A stretch of DNA of 64,000 bases from Candidatus Omnitrophota bacterium (lineage in GTDB: Bacteria; Omnitrophota; Gorgyraeia; Gygaellales; Profunditerraquicolaceae), in assembly GCA_041650835.1 (NCBI GenBank), contig JBAZKL010000002.1:538435-602434 (forward strand), written 5' to 3'. This document shows, piece by piece, positions 54,101 to 57,090 of this stretch; the first letter of the stretch is position 1; every line of letters begins with the position of its first letter. Under the pieces are notes generated by a model. It was not told the DNA's origin. It was given only the letters and a program-made list of their open reading frames with translations, and searched no databases. A program made the translations under genes and the position numbers.

Positions 54101-54775
54101 TTCAGGAAGTGTAAGCTCATTGGTCCTGATATCGGCGTCTGTCTGAAACTCCACTACTTGCCAGACGATATTAAGTATCCTGTTATAATCATAGCTTGAC
54201 GCGCGCTCAAGCTTTAAGGTGTTATCGTCAACAAGCGTTCCGGTTACGAGCGTTGATTCGTCGTCATCAGATTGGGCGTTATACCATCTAGTCTGGACCA
54301 CGGCAAAAGACATGGAAGAATCGATCGTTGTAGGTAAAGTGACATTCTTCGTGGTACAGGAAGGGTTGGAAGTCGGGCCGTATGCCAAAGAGCTCACGCC
54401 CCTCTGCACAAATACGCCGTCGGCGAATTCAACAATGTAGTACCGCACGTTAGCGGAAGCATTACCGTAGTCACGGTTGATAATAAGGCTGGTGTCAGTC
54501 TCAAAAACTCCCGTGAAAAGCGAATTCATGATATCCTCATTGGTATTGGTATCGACATTCGCGTATATCAAGATAATAGACTTAGACTGATTGACTTGTT
54601 TTATAGGCACGCTTACCGTCATATCATCGAGATCAAAATACACGTCTCCTATCTGCACGCGTTTTATCTGTACTGCCGAGGCATCAGGAGGAGAAAAAAA
54701 GATACCGAAGCAGGCGGCTGCCAATAAAAAAACAATGCCGAAGAAAACTTTAGAACGGGTAATTTTGGTAATCAT
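30197..54775 (-). CDS. giant (8192-aa) cell-surface repeat protein: signal peptide, beta-propeller-like region, roughly 75 tandem Ig-like 85–95-aa domains, C-terminal coiled-coil region and TM anchor
   Basis: A single uninterrupted 24,579-nt ORF. A strong Shine-Dalgarno sequence (GAGGTG) lies 8 nt upstream. The protein starts with a signal peptide, MITKITRSKVFFGIVFLLAAACFGIFFSPPDASA. Residues about 380–680 carry YVTN/NHL-like propeller repeats. Residues about 690–7530 carry repeats with the recurrent motif TSPNGGE.W.VG....ITW...G.I.NVK.EYS.DGG.TY....A.T.....Y.WT.PD.I....RVRI.D..D....D.SD.NF.I. The C-terminal TM helix is WLIIMVVIVFLGLLAGIFFFVW, followed by a Lys-rich tail. Confidence 0.9.
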   Translation of the reverse strand: MITKITRSKVFFGIVFLLAAACFGIFFSPPDASAVQIKRVQIGDVYFDLDDMTVSVPIKQVNQSKSIILIYANVDTNTNEDIMNSLFTGVFETDTSLIINRDYGNASANVRYYIVEFADGVFVQRGVSSLAYGPTSNPSCTTKNVTLPTTIDSSMSFAVVQTRWYNAQSDDDESTLVTGTLVDDNTLKLERASSYDYNRILNIVWQVVEFQTDADIRTNELTLPETSASVAETLPGAAIPIANVDKCLLIFNTRAEQNIAGVEGRYAVRGTLGDDGSGNVGVTFTHSYSEGATTLRKNYIKYYVIYFSDPSTKVQKGGLSVASGTDYTTAALNPAFDSSRSFPIASVSGPNSTTNSYEDEIRESIDLNYIQGLCYAPTATPAVWVTKALENKVYKFDAATGALTGSYTTGSRPVAVCYDSQNTAVWVANFDSDNVTKLNADTGALIGTYAVGTQPMDIAFDATSNSVWTANFGSFNVTKRTAATGGLVGTYAAVSATAKPSTIAYDPSQNRMWVAYWVGTSSDRVSYYVCTTGASTHTDIGAVNRNYSRIRYADTTATVGYPTMWLCNLRDNALIRIRCSAIATRATYYPDLQPQAVTYDGTNIWTVHYGSNILCKVLPTAPSGDDGVIARYTTNTNPFDIEYGGGSLWVSNAYDLTLQKFGLDGSITGTYAIPSAANKIAFSRRNTTTAANIDIEWFVAELTPLTIKTPNGGEVWHVGDTGATTGTGRITWKHADVLEGQTVDILLSSDGGSTYPLTITTAVTATQDYYAWNILDTLGGTNLMQNDLRVRLIVTGTVTADRQYDDSNANFEIKGTVAVTSPNNGTEVWYVGDTNRNIQWDKAGNFDPAHDAGYSFSMKLSETGGSSYTYQVVTGLLQADVCSGNSCQWTWEDPDAGIVGIPDSIGNDRRIKVYLNNDEANVHDESDANFYIKGVLEITAPNGPEEWLAQTHENITWNKKGTFATVTLKYSKNSGADYFDTIAANQPAGTTTGTYDWDIPVTAISTTIRVKVISDQAADLQVEDASDADFKILSSVELLTPTTGATWTVTDPADITWQVNGAMANVALWWSKDGNAPWHLIAHVPSAPSAYNWAAVDEGMVGSSAKIKVAQYLGDDVNPITPDSDSPAFIVRPKLTLTSPVGGENWLAATSHDITWSAQGTAIGNVRIKYAPDGVTFSTIAELPVLGVPASDGTWTWPSIPVGNISNTGKIYIELINDTSINKTSPVSFTIGTLDVTHPVNGDIWTVGDTTRAVTWTYQKFAGDLQLKYSVNGGVDNYINSITNNVAINSLSYTWNPIPDAIGNNLLVKAILVSSDPIPVENVSPTAFTIKGGFTFTSPLATDKWVKGTSHSIDWVTKGTIAQVNLYWNTNGGVYTQFATELTNGFGFNWTVPDALGPNTKIKVSTIDSDPIPASTESDNFTIKGSLQVTAPGSGDVWYKGDTNRSIAWTAVGTVTNVKIEYKTSLGGSYTTIISNDPSHTEGSNSYMWSAGVPDEKSDTCYIRVSDVNNTEVEGISEMFSLRPKITLSAPVAGANFTVQSSYPNAVAWSLNGSTKVSTVNVLYSTTGSGGPFNQTIASGVDATLGGCNWDNVNDTLSGNVVVQVVDSGNTNVYGLSGVIRIIGSVTLTQPDGNEDWTVGETNRDIIWTKLGTIGTVKFYVDYGSGYEVAPIGTADAESVSSWTWPSIPDEVSNNVKIKITDADNEAYTFDESAAVFHIVGSFSFTSPNGAPLTSGDSNPITWTTNGTAVTKVKIEFYDGTAWSTLNAAYDNSGNYPWTVPSTTSSPNCKTRITAQTPEQPSSEKESSVFWIHGRVTVTSPTITSKWTVGTLQDVTFTITGDIDNVNISCSNTGGEPYSYSVAANVPVVSGANTYQWTLPTDQDILSATLAKLKIEDAAYATVYGTSANFMIKGTIAVLTPDANDIILTYGGVPYTITWSKTGPIQNVRIYYSINDGVTYPFELTDAAGVPSVPASYPMDIPNHIIGKHLKVKVADKDNLTDAFGVSTNTFEIIGQIAVVAPNGSEKWTVGSTRQIQWTPTGTFTNARIQASINNFVSSFLDITQPAGASGVQQSYDWVVTNNVSNNVLIRVSDPDHHPELAKDESDAAFRIFGGISVSNPATGQVWFKGQTTKDVTWDATASITNVKIEYKTTAGGGYSTIVADSAGHTIGANSYTWTAGVADENSETCYIRVSDVNNYDDSYGVSQVFAIRPVVTVSEPVAGFNIRVGSTYASGVKWSLNGSTKVSLVDVKYSTVGSGGPFNQTIASGVDATLGTCNWNVVSDTMSNNVVVQIIDTLNANTYGLSNAFQIVGRITVQQPNGANDWAVGAIDKNITWTKQGTIGNAYIYVDYGAGYDPTPLATVDTGTVSSWNWNPVPDHVSNAVKIKITDSDNEAVTYDESDAVFHIIGTFTISNPDGAPLISGDPYEITWTTLGAAVNNVKIEFFDGSDWSTIAASAPNSGSYLWTVPITTSSPNCKIRITAATPDQPATQKESVSFWVHGNVTVTEPVSTDTWIVGELKDIVFNVIGKIDNVNITYSKDGGSNYTYTIVSNLAVAQGANTYQWTIPTNQDILSKDLAKIKVADAAYATVYGTSDNFMIKGTLTLLTPTLDNIIMTYGGVPYSITWSKTGPILNVRIYYSINDGVTYPNEITTVAGVPVAPPTYAWDVPNQIIGKHLKVKIVDKDNDDCYMESANSFTIIGSVALNAPNGGEKWTVGSTRQIRWTPAGTFTSVRLEASIDDFTSTFLDITQPAGASGVQQSYDWVIPNNVSNTVKIRVSDPDHHPELVTDTSDAIFKIFGAITTTNPKTGQVWYKGQTTKDITWDATASITNVKIEYKTSAGGAYTVIAADDAGHTIGPNTYTWSAGVADENSETAYIRVSDANNYDDSYGVSEVFAMRPVITVSEPLTGANIRVGSSYPNGVKWSLNGSTKVSSVDVLYSTNGSNGPFDKTITTGRDATLGQCDWNVVTDNISNNVVVKVMDSLNNNTFGLSNVFNIAGTLTIQIPNGGNNWPVNTTDKNITWTKTGTIGNANIYVDYGSGYEVTPIATVDTGAVSSWNWNPIPDHVSNAVKIKIADADNEAVTNDESDATFNIIASFIINTPANGSSLTVDSSYDITWDRYGSAVTEVKIEYSSNGGTDYSVITNNATNSGTYPWAVPDAITTSGKVRISDPANANAMAVSGGFFKIHGSLTVASPNNGTESWDVGSTYPVTWTKHGSIALINIYYSHNNGTDWTKINPVAVDAALGTWDWTISDAILLTTGFSGYIRVEDASDATVYDLSNAKFEVKGAVTLNTPTAAGITLKVGDIYNITWAKFGAVANVELHYSINGGIAGGGSYLPGNLIATVPATDLSYNWSVADAIGTNVRVRIRDAGNSTVWDESGNAFSIIGKVALNAPLGGETWFVGDTRQVQWTPTGTYSQVKLEYSTDAFADELETFSIATVSAGASGVLQSYDWTIPDKIGNDLKVRVTDASNAAVVAVCGSTFTIKGSLALTAPTGGLTWIVGESRSITWNLTGTIPTVKLEYTKDGLVYNDIIASTPGGTGSGSYSWTVADAIGATTKVRVSDTRDANVNSSSADFTIKGSLTLTSPNGGEVWGVDDVQDITWTKMGSIVNVKLEYSTNGFSNESETTVINNSIDATGVPPASYKYSWTIPDAISTTLKVRISNTLDATVQDVSNNFFKIRGGFVLTAPNGGEKWGVGIQNNVTWTRTGSILNAKIEYSINGGLAYPGIVIASTPAGGLTYAWTVPDAISTTCKVKISDVNDATVEDASNANFIIMGAFNVTAPNGGEVWVVNENHDITWVTTGTVANVKLEYSTDGGLTYPNVIVGSTTNNNLYSWPIPDSISNTVRIQVSDASNADASDTSNANFKIKGSLTLSAPNGSEVWSINTHNNITWSRVGAVANVKLDYSTNAFANELETYTIIASTSGATLTYDWLIPDTPSSNVKVRITDVSDATVYDVSNAVFRVVGSLTVTSPNGTEQWVVDATNNITWTKFGAISNVKLMYSTDAGATYPIGNTIIATTPAGAFSYSWTIPDSITNQARVKIFDVGDESVTDQSDANFIIKGSLSLTSPNGGENWIVGENRDITWTKTGSFSNVKLEYSTNAFSDELLVTVITASTPAAAGTYSWTVADAIGTDLKVRVSDAANASVNDVSNAAFTIKGAVLLSIPNGGETWIVGESRNIIWTRTGSVANVKLEYSTDGGATYPTVIIASTSAGALSYGWTVADAIGGDLRVRISDVLDATVNDASNASFTVKGALALTVPNGGESWVVDTSYDITWTRTGSIANVKLEYSTNAFADELQTTVINNSTDATGTPAGSYKYSWAVPDAIGNTVKVRISNTADSLVQDVSNGTFRITGALLLTAPNGGQNWVVGSSQSVTWQRTGNISDVKLEYSTDGGTTYPNIVVNSTPAGGLNYAWTIPDSITTLVRVRISDVSDAGVNDASDANFAIMGGFTISAPNGGEVWVVNDSQNIAWTTNGTVNNVKLEYSTDGGATYPNLVIASTPNNNIYAWTIPDAISIAVKVRVSDALNANSFDISNGNFKIKGALHVDSPNDGTEQWSVGYSYSVEWTRTGAVQNINIYYSANAGVDWIKINGAAVDASLGTWSWALPGDTELSTQARIQITDTSDPTVTDLSNNNFVVKGGLRVETPNAAGVSIQVGNSYNITWTKFGNIPNVQIHYSTNGGIVGGGTYPDPGNLIAVVAAADQLFVWDIPDRIGTNLRIRVRQDDNVNVWDESDNAFEIKGNLQVVTPNGGEVWFVGDSNNIQWIPTGTFTSQVKLEYSTNAFANEGQTVFIATVPAGVSGVTQAYSWSVPNAIGTSLKVRTTDANNETVVDVSNNPFTIKGKLRVMQPNGSETWVVATVQNITWQRTGTIANIDLVYSTDNGSTYPNTISTGVDGAAGTYAWTIPDAIGSNLRVKILDSTDVTVEDVSDNTFTVKGALTITAPNGAEAWQIGTTQNVTWTRQGSITSVKLEYSLDGGSTYPTVIVASTDGASGTYGWLIPDNPCATVKVRITDTSDATVFDISNANFKIIGSLTITTPNGAEMWGIAVDKTIRWNMTGSIANVKLQYSTNSGVSYDYLIVASTPAGGREYTWNVSDTPSTHARVKISDASDVTVADESDADFKIQGRFTISSPNGSEVWVVDNSQDITWTYVGSVTNVRLEYSSDGGANYPATIAASIANSMTYSWTVPDVISSQMRVRISDVNDYDAFDTSDGNFKIKGALTLLSPVGAENWVVASSHNITWLRTGSVALVKLEYSVNGGANYLNTIANSVDASLLTYSWTIPDAIGTQLRVKITDTSDSTVYSASAANFSIKGALAVTSPNGGENWIVSTAHNVTWTRTGTIANVKIDYSKNSGVSFPLPIAASTDASTGSFAWTIPDDLSILVRVRVMDASDSSVFDSSDADFSIGGSLEVNSPNGGQIWYVGEARAITWTRSGSIPAVKLEYSINGGTSYDNLIIASTDAAAQTYAWSVPDAIGGQLRVKVTDTGNASVTDTSDADFTVKGILLLTSPNGSETWFVGENHNITWTPTGSIQNVKLEYSTDGNTYPNVIIASTAGPVGAYTWTIPDAIGTNLKVKVTDVLDASVNDASNATFTVKGILHVIAPNGGESWGVATAQNITWTRTGSIANVRIDYSSDGGATYPNLVQNNVDASAGSYAWSIPDNISSQVRVKITNTLDASVFDDSDVNFKIVGILGLSSPNGGERWTVGVNNNIIWTKVGNISNVKLEYSTNGGGSYNSIVGSTPAGALSFTWNIPDAVSQTVKVRISDVSDSTVNDVSDANFTIQANFTITAPNGGEVWVVNSSHPITWNYVGSVSTVKLDYSTDGGTTYPFAITGSTSNSGSFAWTIPDTLSSLVKVRISDYNDALTFDVSDNNFKIRGNITVTAPNGGEAWIVGNSYNITWGIVGSVANVNIEYSTDGGTTYPNVIAANVLASDGTRAWTIPDTLSQTVMVRITDTADSSVFDTSNANFKIRGSFTLTSPDGGEIWDVGSVQNISWTRNGNIINAKLDYSMDAGSTFPFTIVASVDASLGVYPWVIPDVISTQLRVRVSDASDVSVFDNSNANFKIRGAISVTAPNGGESWAVATVHNITWTIAGTIANVKIDYSNDGGLTYPNVIVASTGAVAGTYAWTIPDSISAQIRVKVTNLSDLTVYDTSDGDFNIIGQLVVIGPNGGEVWSVGSSQSISWSRIGSIADVKLEFSVDGGATYPNMIIASTAAVAGSYNWLIPDNITTTGKVKVTDVLAAQVTDVSDVVFKIRGNLNLTSPDGAEVWLISSNHNITWIRYGSITNAKLDYSVDGGLTFPFTIVGSVNAALQTYAWTIPDNPNIQARVKISDAADATVSDMSNSNFIIRGGFVIGSPNGAESWAVNESRNITWITYGSYANVKIWYSTDGGVTYPNLITGNTPNSGVYPWTIPDSISTNCKVKISDLVDSNATDESDAAFTIHGLLVITSPDGGEQWGVASSHNITWTRVGSITNAKLEYSTNAFADESQTVVIANSAPAVTLSYSWTVPDAISNSVKVRITDSSDASVTDVSNGVFKIQGSFLVSSPNGGESWVVNSVNNITWSTFGTITNVKLDYSINGGGNWTQIVASIANTNNYPWTVPDAISANCRIRVSDASDAVANDISDNNFKIRGSLTITAPNGGEKWTVGSGRLITWDRVGSIANVRLEYSDNGGSIYVPIIASTPNAGSYLWTIPDAITTQALVRIYNADDLTVSDTSDAAFKIQGNFTVTSPNGGESWYVGSNHDITWGYSGSVSFVNISYSTNSGSTWTSIATNVINNGTYGWFVPDQVYGTMRIQIADANDAEAFDTSNNDFRIRCQFTLTSPNGGEQLRVARVHNITWTRVGTVANVKLEYSKNNFLTETYTITAAAPNTGTYAWTVPDAIWENMRVRVSDPNDIGAYDDSNADFRVTGDFAITAPNGGELWEVESIHNITWTSAGSGITTVKLEFSTNGGGSYPDIIGAVDNNGSFAWTLPDQISPSCRIKISDLADPTAYDISDANFKVMAKYTLTLPNGGEVWTVADTQTITWTNIGTVANVRLDYSTDAGSTFPNTIILSTANTHTYSWTIPDAISTFIRVRVMSATDSDAYDASDANFKIRGAFNMTSPNGGELWPINQVNNITWNTIGTIANVRLLYSIDGGATFPNTITNSVANVNSYSWTVPDNRTATARIRIVNPADVTVTDDSNANFRIQGFLTLTAPNGGEAWIAGDAHNITWTWGGTMPAVKLSYSLDSGVTYPNLINAAASNGAGAGGPYSYSWTVPDTLSQTVRVRVEDPGDDTVADSSNADFKIRGEFNLTAPVGGERWITNETHAITWTNRGSIPNVKLVYSKDDFATQTVITASTPNLNSYNWVVPDDRSSTVKVRVMDVNDETIYHSSAAVFRIDYYTITWTIRDLLTNEQLTNLSVVEKLTGTETVGWQAVGMTSAVTHATPYGFWTTTWSASGYGDKGLNYTADSDQAFTMYLETTAVHIWRAEAEFTYDATNDILRATSWLERDGSIVTGVQGVDIYIYDQDQVLIQTLNEEGAGAGGYFNLIWNAPTNLQAGVVYAALVDLRNASGAHFRTPTSFSVTESMRLESTEAAVNEMKDTTLPSFQTSVSNLITTKMDEQKASIDTKMDEQTGIIVGPTRTKEEVIAAGGMVGMLETSLTSFETQTNEAITKLQSGADTAVEAGQELQTTAKRYSWKASASPNPALTGDIINIQVQGQPSLVPMLSIYTWDNEAIVENAILVESRLGFYTYNITADSRFDVGKAYTYIVSEQVTGGLVSGSGMVESMGITTVAGLAAAAPEAERAAKKALDAIQAVQAVLGSNDNINISMTLQNLKESMDELPQMIKEGGGSESTLAKAVNDISEKLKLLMGDQGIDLGALLDEKLGDTSTIKDMRNKTDTINSIVDMLLQILESKLGGVDSPIISSSMQSGSVKFRIMIVNPSKTRMQKVQVKKYLPEEVKPKDVMDLGGLELEFDAEKSIYFVYSKEDVELKPGEARVFEVEVEDIWLVPDAALADIKKHTDSLLAKFEKSDSYAQVKEVTDTIYPVLDEISKTQIDETVSRERHIGYYRQNLEMMKLIQKKLDDLEKLLAPELGPNTPELLEKSKLKLNMPTKTTTWLIIMVVIVFLGLLAGIFFFVWQGQIRSGQSVIDSAKNDAFPGKKPESKPDAGVKK
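32190..52700 (-). repeat. coding tandem-domain array inside the giant gene (about 88-aa / 265-nt units)
   Basis: Protein-level periodicity is visible along residues about 690–7530. The DNA copies are diverged, and antisense pseudo-ORFs differ between units. The exact unit count needs an HMM or dot-plot. Confidence 0.8.
45100..51700 (-). repeat. about 2.1-kb (roughly 690-aa, 7–8-domain) cassette triplicated within the giant gene
   Basis: Three DNA segments near 45.2–47.5, 47.5–49.6 and 49.6–51.6 kb align at about 80–90% identity. For example, ...GGTGACCGCTTCATTATC[AG/CG]..GATCTTGATCTTGAC... recurs. On the protein, the blocks LRPKITLSAPVAGANF..., IRPVVTVSEPVAGFNI... and MRPVITVSEPLTGANI... are colinear over roughly 690 aa. 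Confidence 0.75.
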
Positions 54776-54779
54776 TTTT

Positions 54780-55247
54780 TCACCTCTCTTTTACTCCCTT
54801 TAACGGGAGAGAGTCATTAGTAGCTGCGCCGGCAGCAGGCATGATCGCTTCTTCCTGGGACGTCAAGTCCCGAGGAGCAGCTTTTAAGAACATAACGGCC
54901 TGCGCGACAAAAGTCCTTTTTTTCCTGCCATTATCCAGAATTTCGGTTATTTCATCATATTTAACGGTGACCGTATCACCGAATTTTATATCGCTCAATT
55001 TATTTTTATGCTCTACCTTGATCTTTTTATCTATCGTAAAAGCCATTTCATAAGCTCCTTTAGACGGATCATCCGCGCCATAGGTAACTGCCATAAAATT
55101 AGAGGATAAGCCGCTGATAACTCCCGTGACCTCTTTACGGACGGTTTCTTTACTACCCGTCTTCTCTTGGGCCGACGCCGGAACAGCTATACACACACTT
55201 AACAACAAAAATAAGGCGGTTACTATCCTGGTCATTTTTGTAAACAT
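54780..55247 (-). CDS. small secreted protein of unknown function (signal peptide)
   Basis: 155 aa beginning with a signal peptide, MFTKMTRIVTALFLLLSVCIAVPASA. Its TGA stop lies inside the Shine-Dalgarno sequence of the giant gene, 5 nt before that gene's ATG. Confidence 0.6.
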   Translation of the reverse strand: MFTKMTRIVTALFLLLSVCIAVPASAQEKTGSKETVRKEVTGVISGLSSNFMAVTYGADDPSKGAYEMAFTIDKKIKVEHKNKLSDIKFGDTVTVKYDEITEILDNGRKKRTFVAQAVMFLKAAPRDLTSQEEAIMPAAGAATNDSLPLKGVKER

Positions 55248-55248
55248 G

Positions 55249-56442
55249 TTATTCTCTCCTCCTGTACCCGGTACTTATAAATGAAAAATCCTGCGGCGCA
55301 AGACCTTTCTGCCGCAGGCTCAATATGCCGCTCATACGGTTCTCCTGCAATTCGCCGTGCCAGGAGGCAGTCGACTCGCCTGAAGACTGCATCGTCTCCC
55401 AGATCAGCTTGCCATTACTCTCGACCGTGACCGAATAATTAGAACTGACGAAACCCGACGAATTAAGCTTCGCCGAGACAAATTTACCGTTCTTAAAATT
55501 AAGCGTGTCCACCGCTTCGTTGCCTCCGGAAAGCGGGATCAGTTTCACATCCCATTCCTGCTTGTTCCATTCGATCGCCTGGACCGCGGGGATAGGCGCG
55601 TTCTGGATAGCAGGCGGCGTGCCGTCTTTATTGTTCACGACATAAAAATAAACCACTCCCGCCCCTACCATAAGCACTACCGCCAAGCCGCCGGCGGTAA
55701 CTAAAAATTTATATTTTTTGTTGCCGGTTTCTTTCTTTTCCTGAACTGATTTCTTCTGAAAGTTCTGGATCTGCGCTTTGACCTGCTTAATGAAATCATC
55801 TGTTCCCAGGATCCCGCCGCGGTGCAAATTCTTATGGATAAGATCACCGACTTCCTGCGTCATACCGCTGACAAACTCCGCGTAATCTTTATTGTCTATC
55901 AAACCCATAACTTCAGCGATCTCGTCTTTCAAGTTCATTCCCTTTGCCTGCCGGTCAGGGTCATTGTGGCACAGATACATTGGATAACTGCTATGAAGGG
56001 AGTCCTGCAGCTCAACCACCAGGTTCAATTTTTTAGGGTTCAAATGGATATAAGCGGTCATGCGCGCCAAATTATTTTCTTTCTCCACGATCGCGGCCTT
56101 AAACCGTTCGCGGAATAAATGCCCTTTTCGGTTATATCTGCCGTTAAAATATTTCGTATACGAATTATTCACGTTATGCATGAACTCGGATATCTGCGGG
56201 GTATTGGAAGGGTCATTTTCAAGGGATTCATCCTGCTGCAGCATTTCGACTAAAAGGTGAAGATGGTTCGGCATAAGTGAATACGCGAATATTTTGATAT
56301 TATATTGATCTTTATATTTTTTCAGTAAGTCCAGAAACATAGCGTAATCCCCTTCATCCTGAAAAATATTTTGACTGCTTTCAGCGCGGCATGTCACATA
56401 GTATAACGCGCCTTTAATGAATATTCTGGGTAATCTGGGCAT
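55249..56442 (-). CDS. membrane-anchored HUH (IS200/RayT-like Y1-transposase fold) domain protein with periplasmic C-terminal domain
   Basis: 397 aa. The N-terminal roughly 150 aa match the Transposase_17 / REP-associated Y1 pattern (YYVTCRAES...IFAYSLMPNHLHLLVE ... AYIHLNPKKLNLV). A single TM helix follows (KYKFLVTAGGLAVVLMVGAGVVYFYVV), then a beta-rich domain of about 130 aa. The gene is separated by 1 nt from the downstream gene. Confidence 0.6.
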   Translation of the reverse strand: MPRLPRIFIKGALYYVTCRAESSQNIFQDEGDYAMFLDLLKKYKDQYNIKIFAYSLMPNHLHLLVEMLQQDESLENDPSNTPQISEFMHNVNNSYTKYFNGRYNRKGHLFRERFKAAIVEKENNLARMTAYIHLNPKKLNLVVELQDSLHSSYPMYLCHNDPDRQAKGMNLKDEIAEVMGLIDNKDYAEFVSGMTQEVGDLIHKNLHRGGILGTDDFIKQVKAQIQNFQKKSVQEKKETGNKKYKFLVTAGGLAVVLMVGAGVVYFYVVNNKDGTPPAIQNAPIPAVQAIEWNKQEWDVKLIPLSGGNEAVDTLNFKNGKFVSAKLNSSGFVSSNYSVTVESNGKLIWETMQSSGESTASWHGELQENRMSGILSLRQKGLAPQDFSFISTGYRRRE

Positions 56443-56450
56443 ATTTTCCG

Positions 56451-56502
56451 GCTTGTGCCTGGCACTTTCGTGCTTTTTTTACGCTTGTGCCTGGCACTTT
56501 CG
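56451..56502. promoter_or_regulatory. two 20-bp direct repeats, each with an 11-bp palindrome GTGCCnGGCAC, immediately upstream of the HUH-gene start
   Basis: GCTTGTGCCTGGCACTTTCG occurs at 56451–56470 and 56483–56502, a 32-bp spacing. The repeats lie 9–60 nt upstream of the ATG at 56442. The arrangement is operator-like. Confidence 0.45.
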
Positions 56503-56509
56503 CTTATGG

Positions 56510-56550
56510 CAAAAAAAAATCTCAGGCAACTCCTAACTTCTCCTGAGATT
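56510..56550 (-). terminator. terminator-like hairpin with U9 tract on the minus strand (possible leader attenuator)
   Basis: On the minus strand AUCUCAGGAGAAGUUAGGAGUUGCCUGAGAU forms an 8-bp stem and is followed by UUUUUUUUU. It lies about 70 nt upstream of the HUH-gene start. Confidence 0.45.
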
Positions 56551-56959
56551 TTACCAGGAACTTCGGCAGTTTGCCTTTCCGCAAAGAATCATTTGCGGAT
56601 GCATAACTTTGCGCCCCCAGGTTACCCTGTCCGTTAAAAAAAACAACGGATCTACCAAAACATCGGTAGAAGTTTGCCTTTTCGTTTCCTCTTCCAACTT
56701 GTCTATCATAAGTATAGCATATAGCAAGTAACTTGTCAAAAAAAGTACTACTCCAAAATACAATAGACTTATGCACTCATTATTCAATTGCTATTATTAT
56801 GGATCTTATGTCGATAAAAGTCAAGAGAAATCGTTACAACCTGTGATTTAAGAGCAGGTTCCCACAATTCCTTGATCCGGTTGATCTTGAAATAATTCCT
56901 GATTTAGGCCATATACTCATCCGGAACAATATCACTAACCGTCAAAAAATTATTTTTTT

Positions 56960-56989
56960 CTTTTAAAGCCCGACAATTATGTTATAATA
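56960..56989 (+). promoter_or_regulatory. candidate sigma70 promoter with extended −10 (TGtTATAAT) for the 57091 gene
   Basis: ...TTTTAAAGCCCGACAATTATGTTATAATAC... The −10 hexamer is at 56983–56988 with TG at −15/−14. The −35 match is weak. Confidence 0.3.
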
Positions 56990-57090
56990 CTTCTGAAAAT
57001 AACCGGTATTAATTATCCGGGGGCAAGTAAAGGACTAACAACATAACCTATTATACAACAACATCTTTTGGTTCTCACAAATAAACACAA

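Noticed and set aside
30197-54775. The giant ORF is exactly 8192 (2^13) aa, which raises suspicion of a software length cap or artefact
   Set aside because: The ORF has a genuine signal peptide at the N-terminus, a genuine stop followed by an intrinsic terminator, and a C-terminal TM anchor. The power-of-two length therefore looks coincidental.
55249-56442. Active IS200/IS605-family insertion sequence
   Set aside because: No flanking hairpin ends or accompanying tnpB gene are present. The Y1 domain is fused to a TM helix and a periplasmic domain, and the gene is translationally packed into an operon. It is therefore treated as a domesticated HUH-domain CDS rather than a mobile element.
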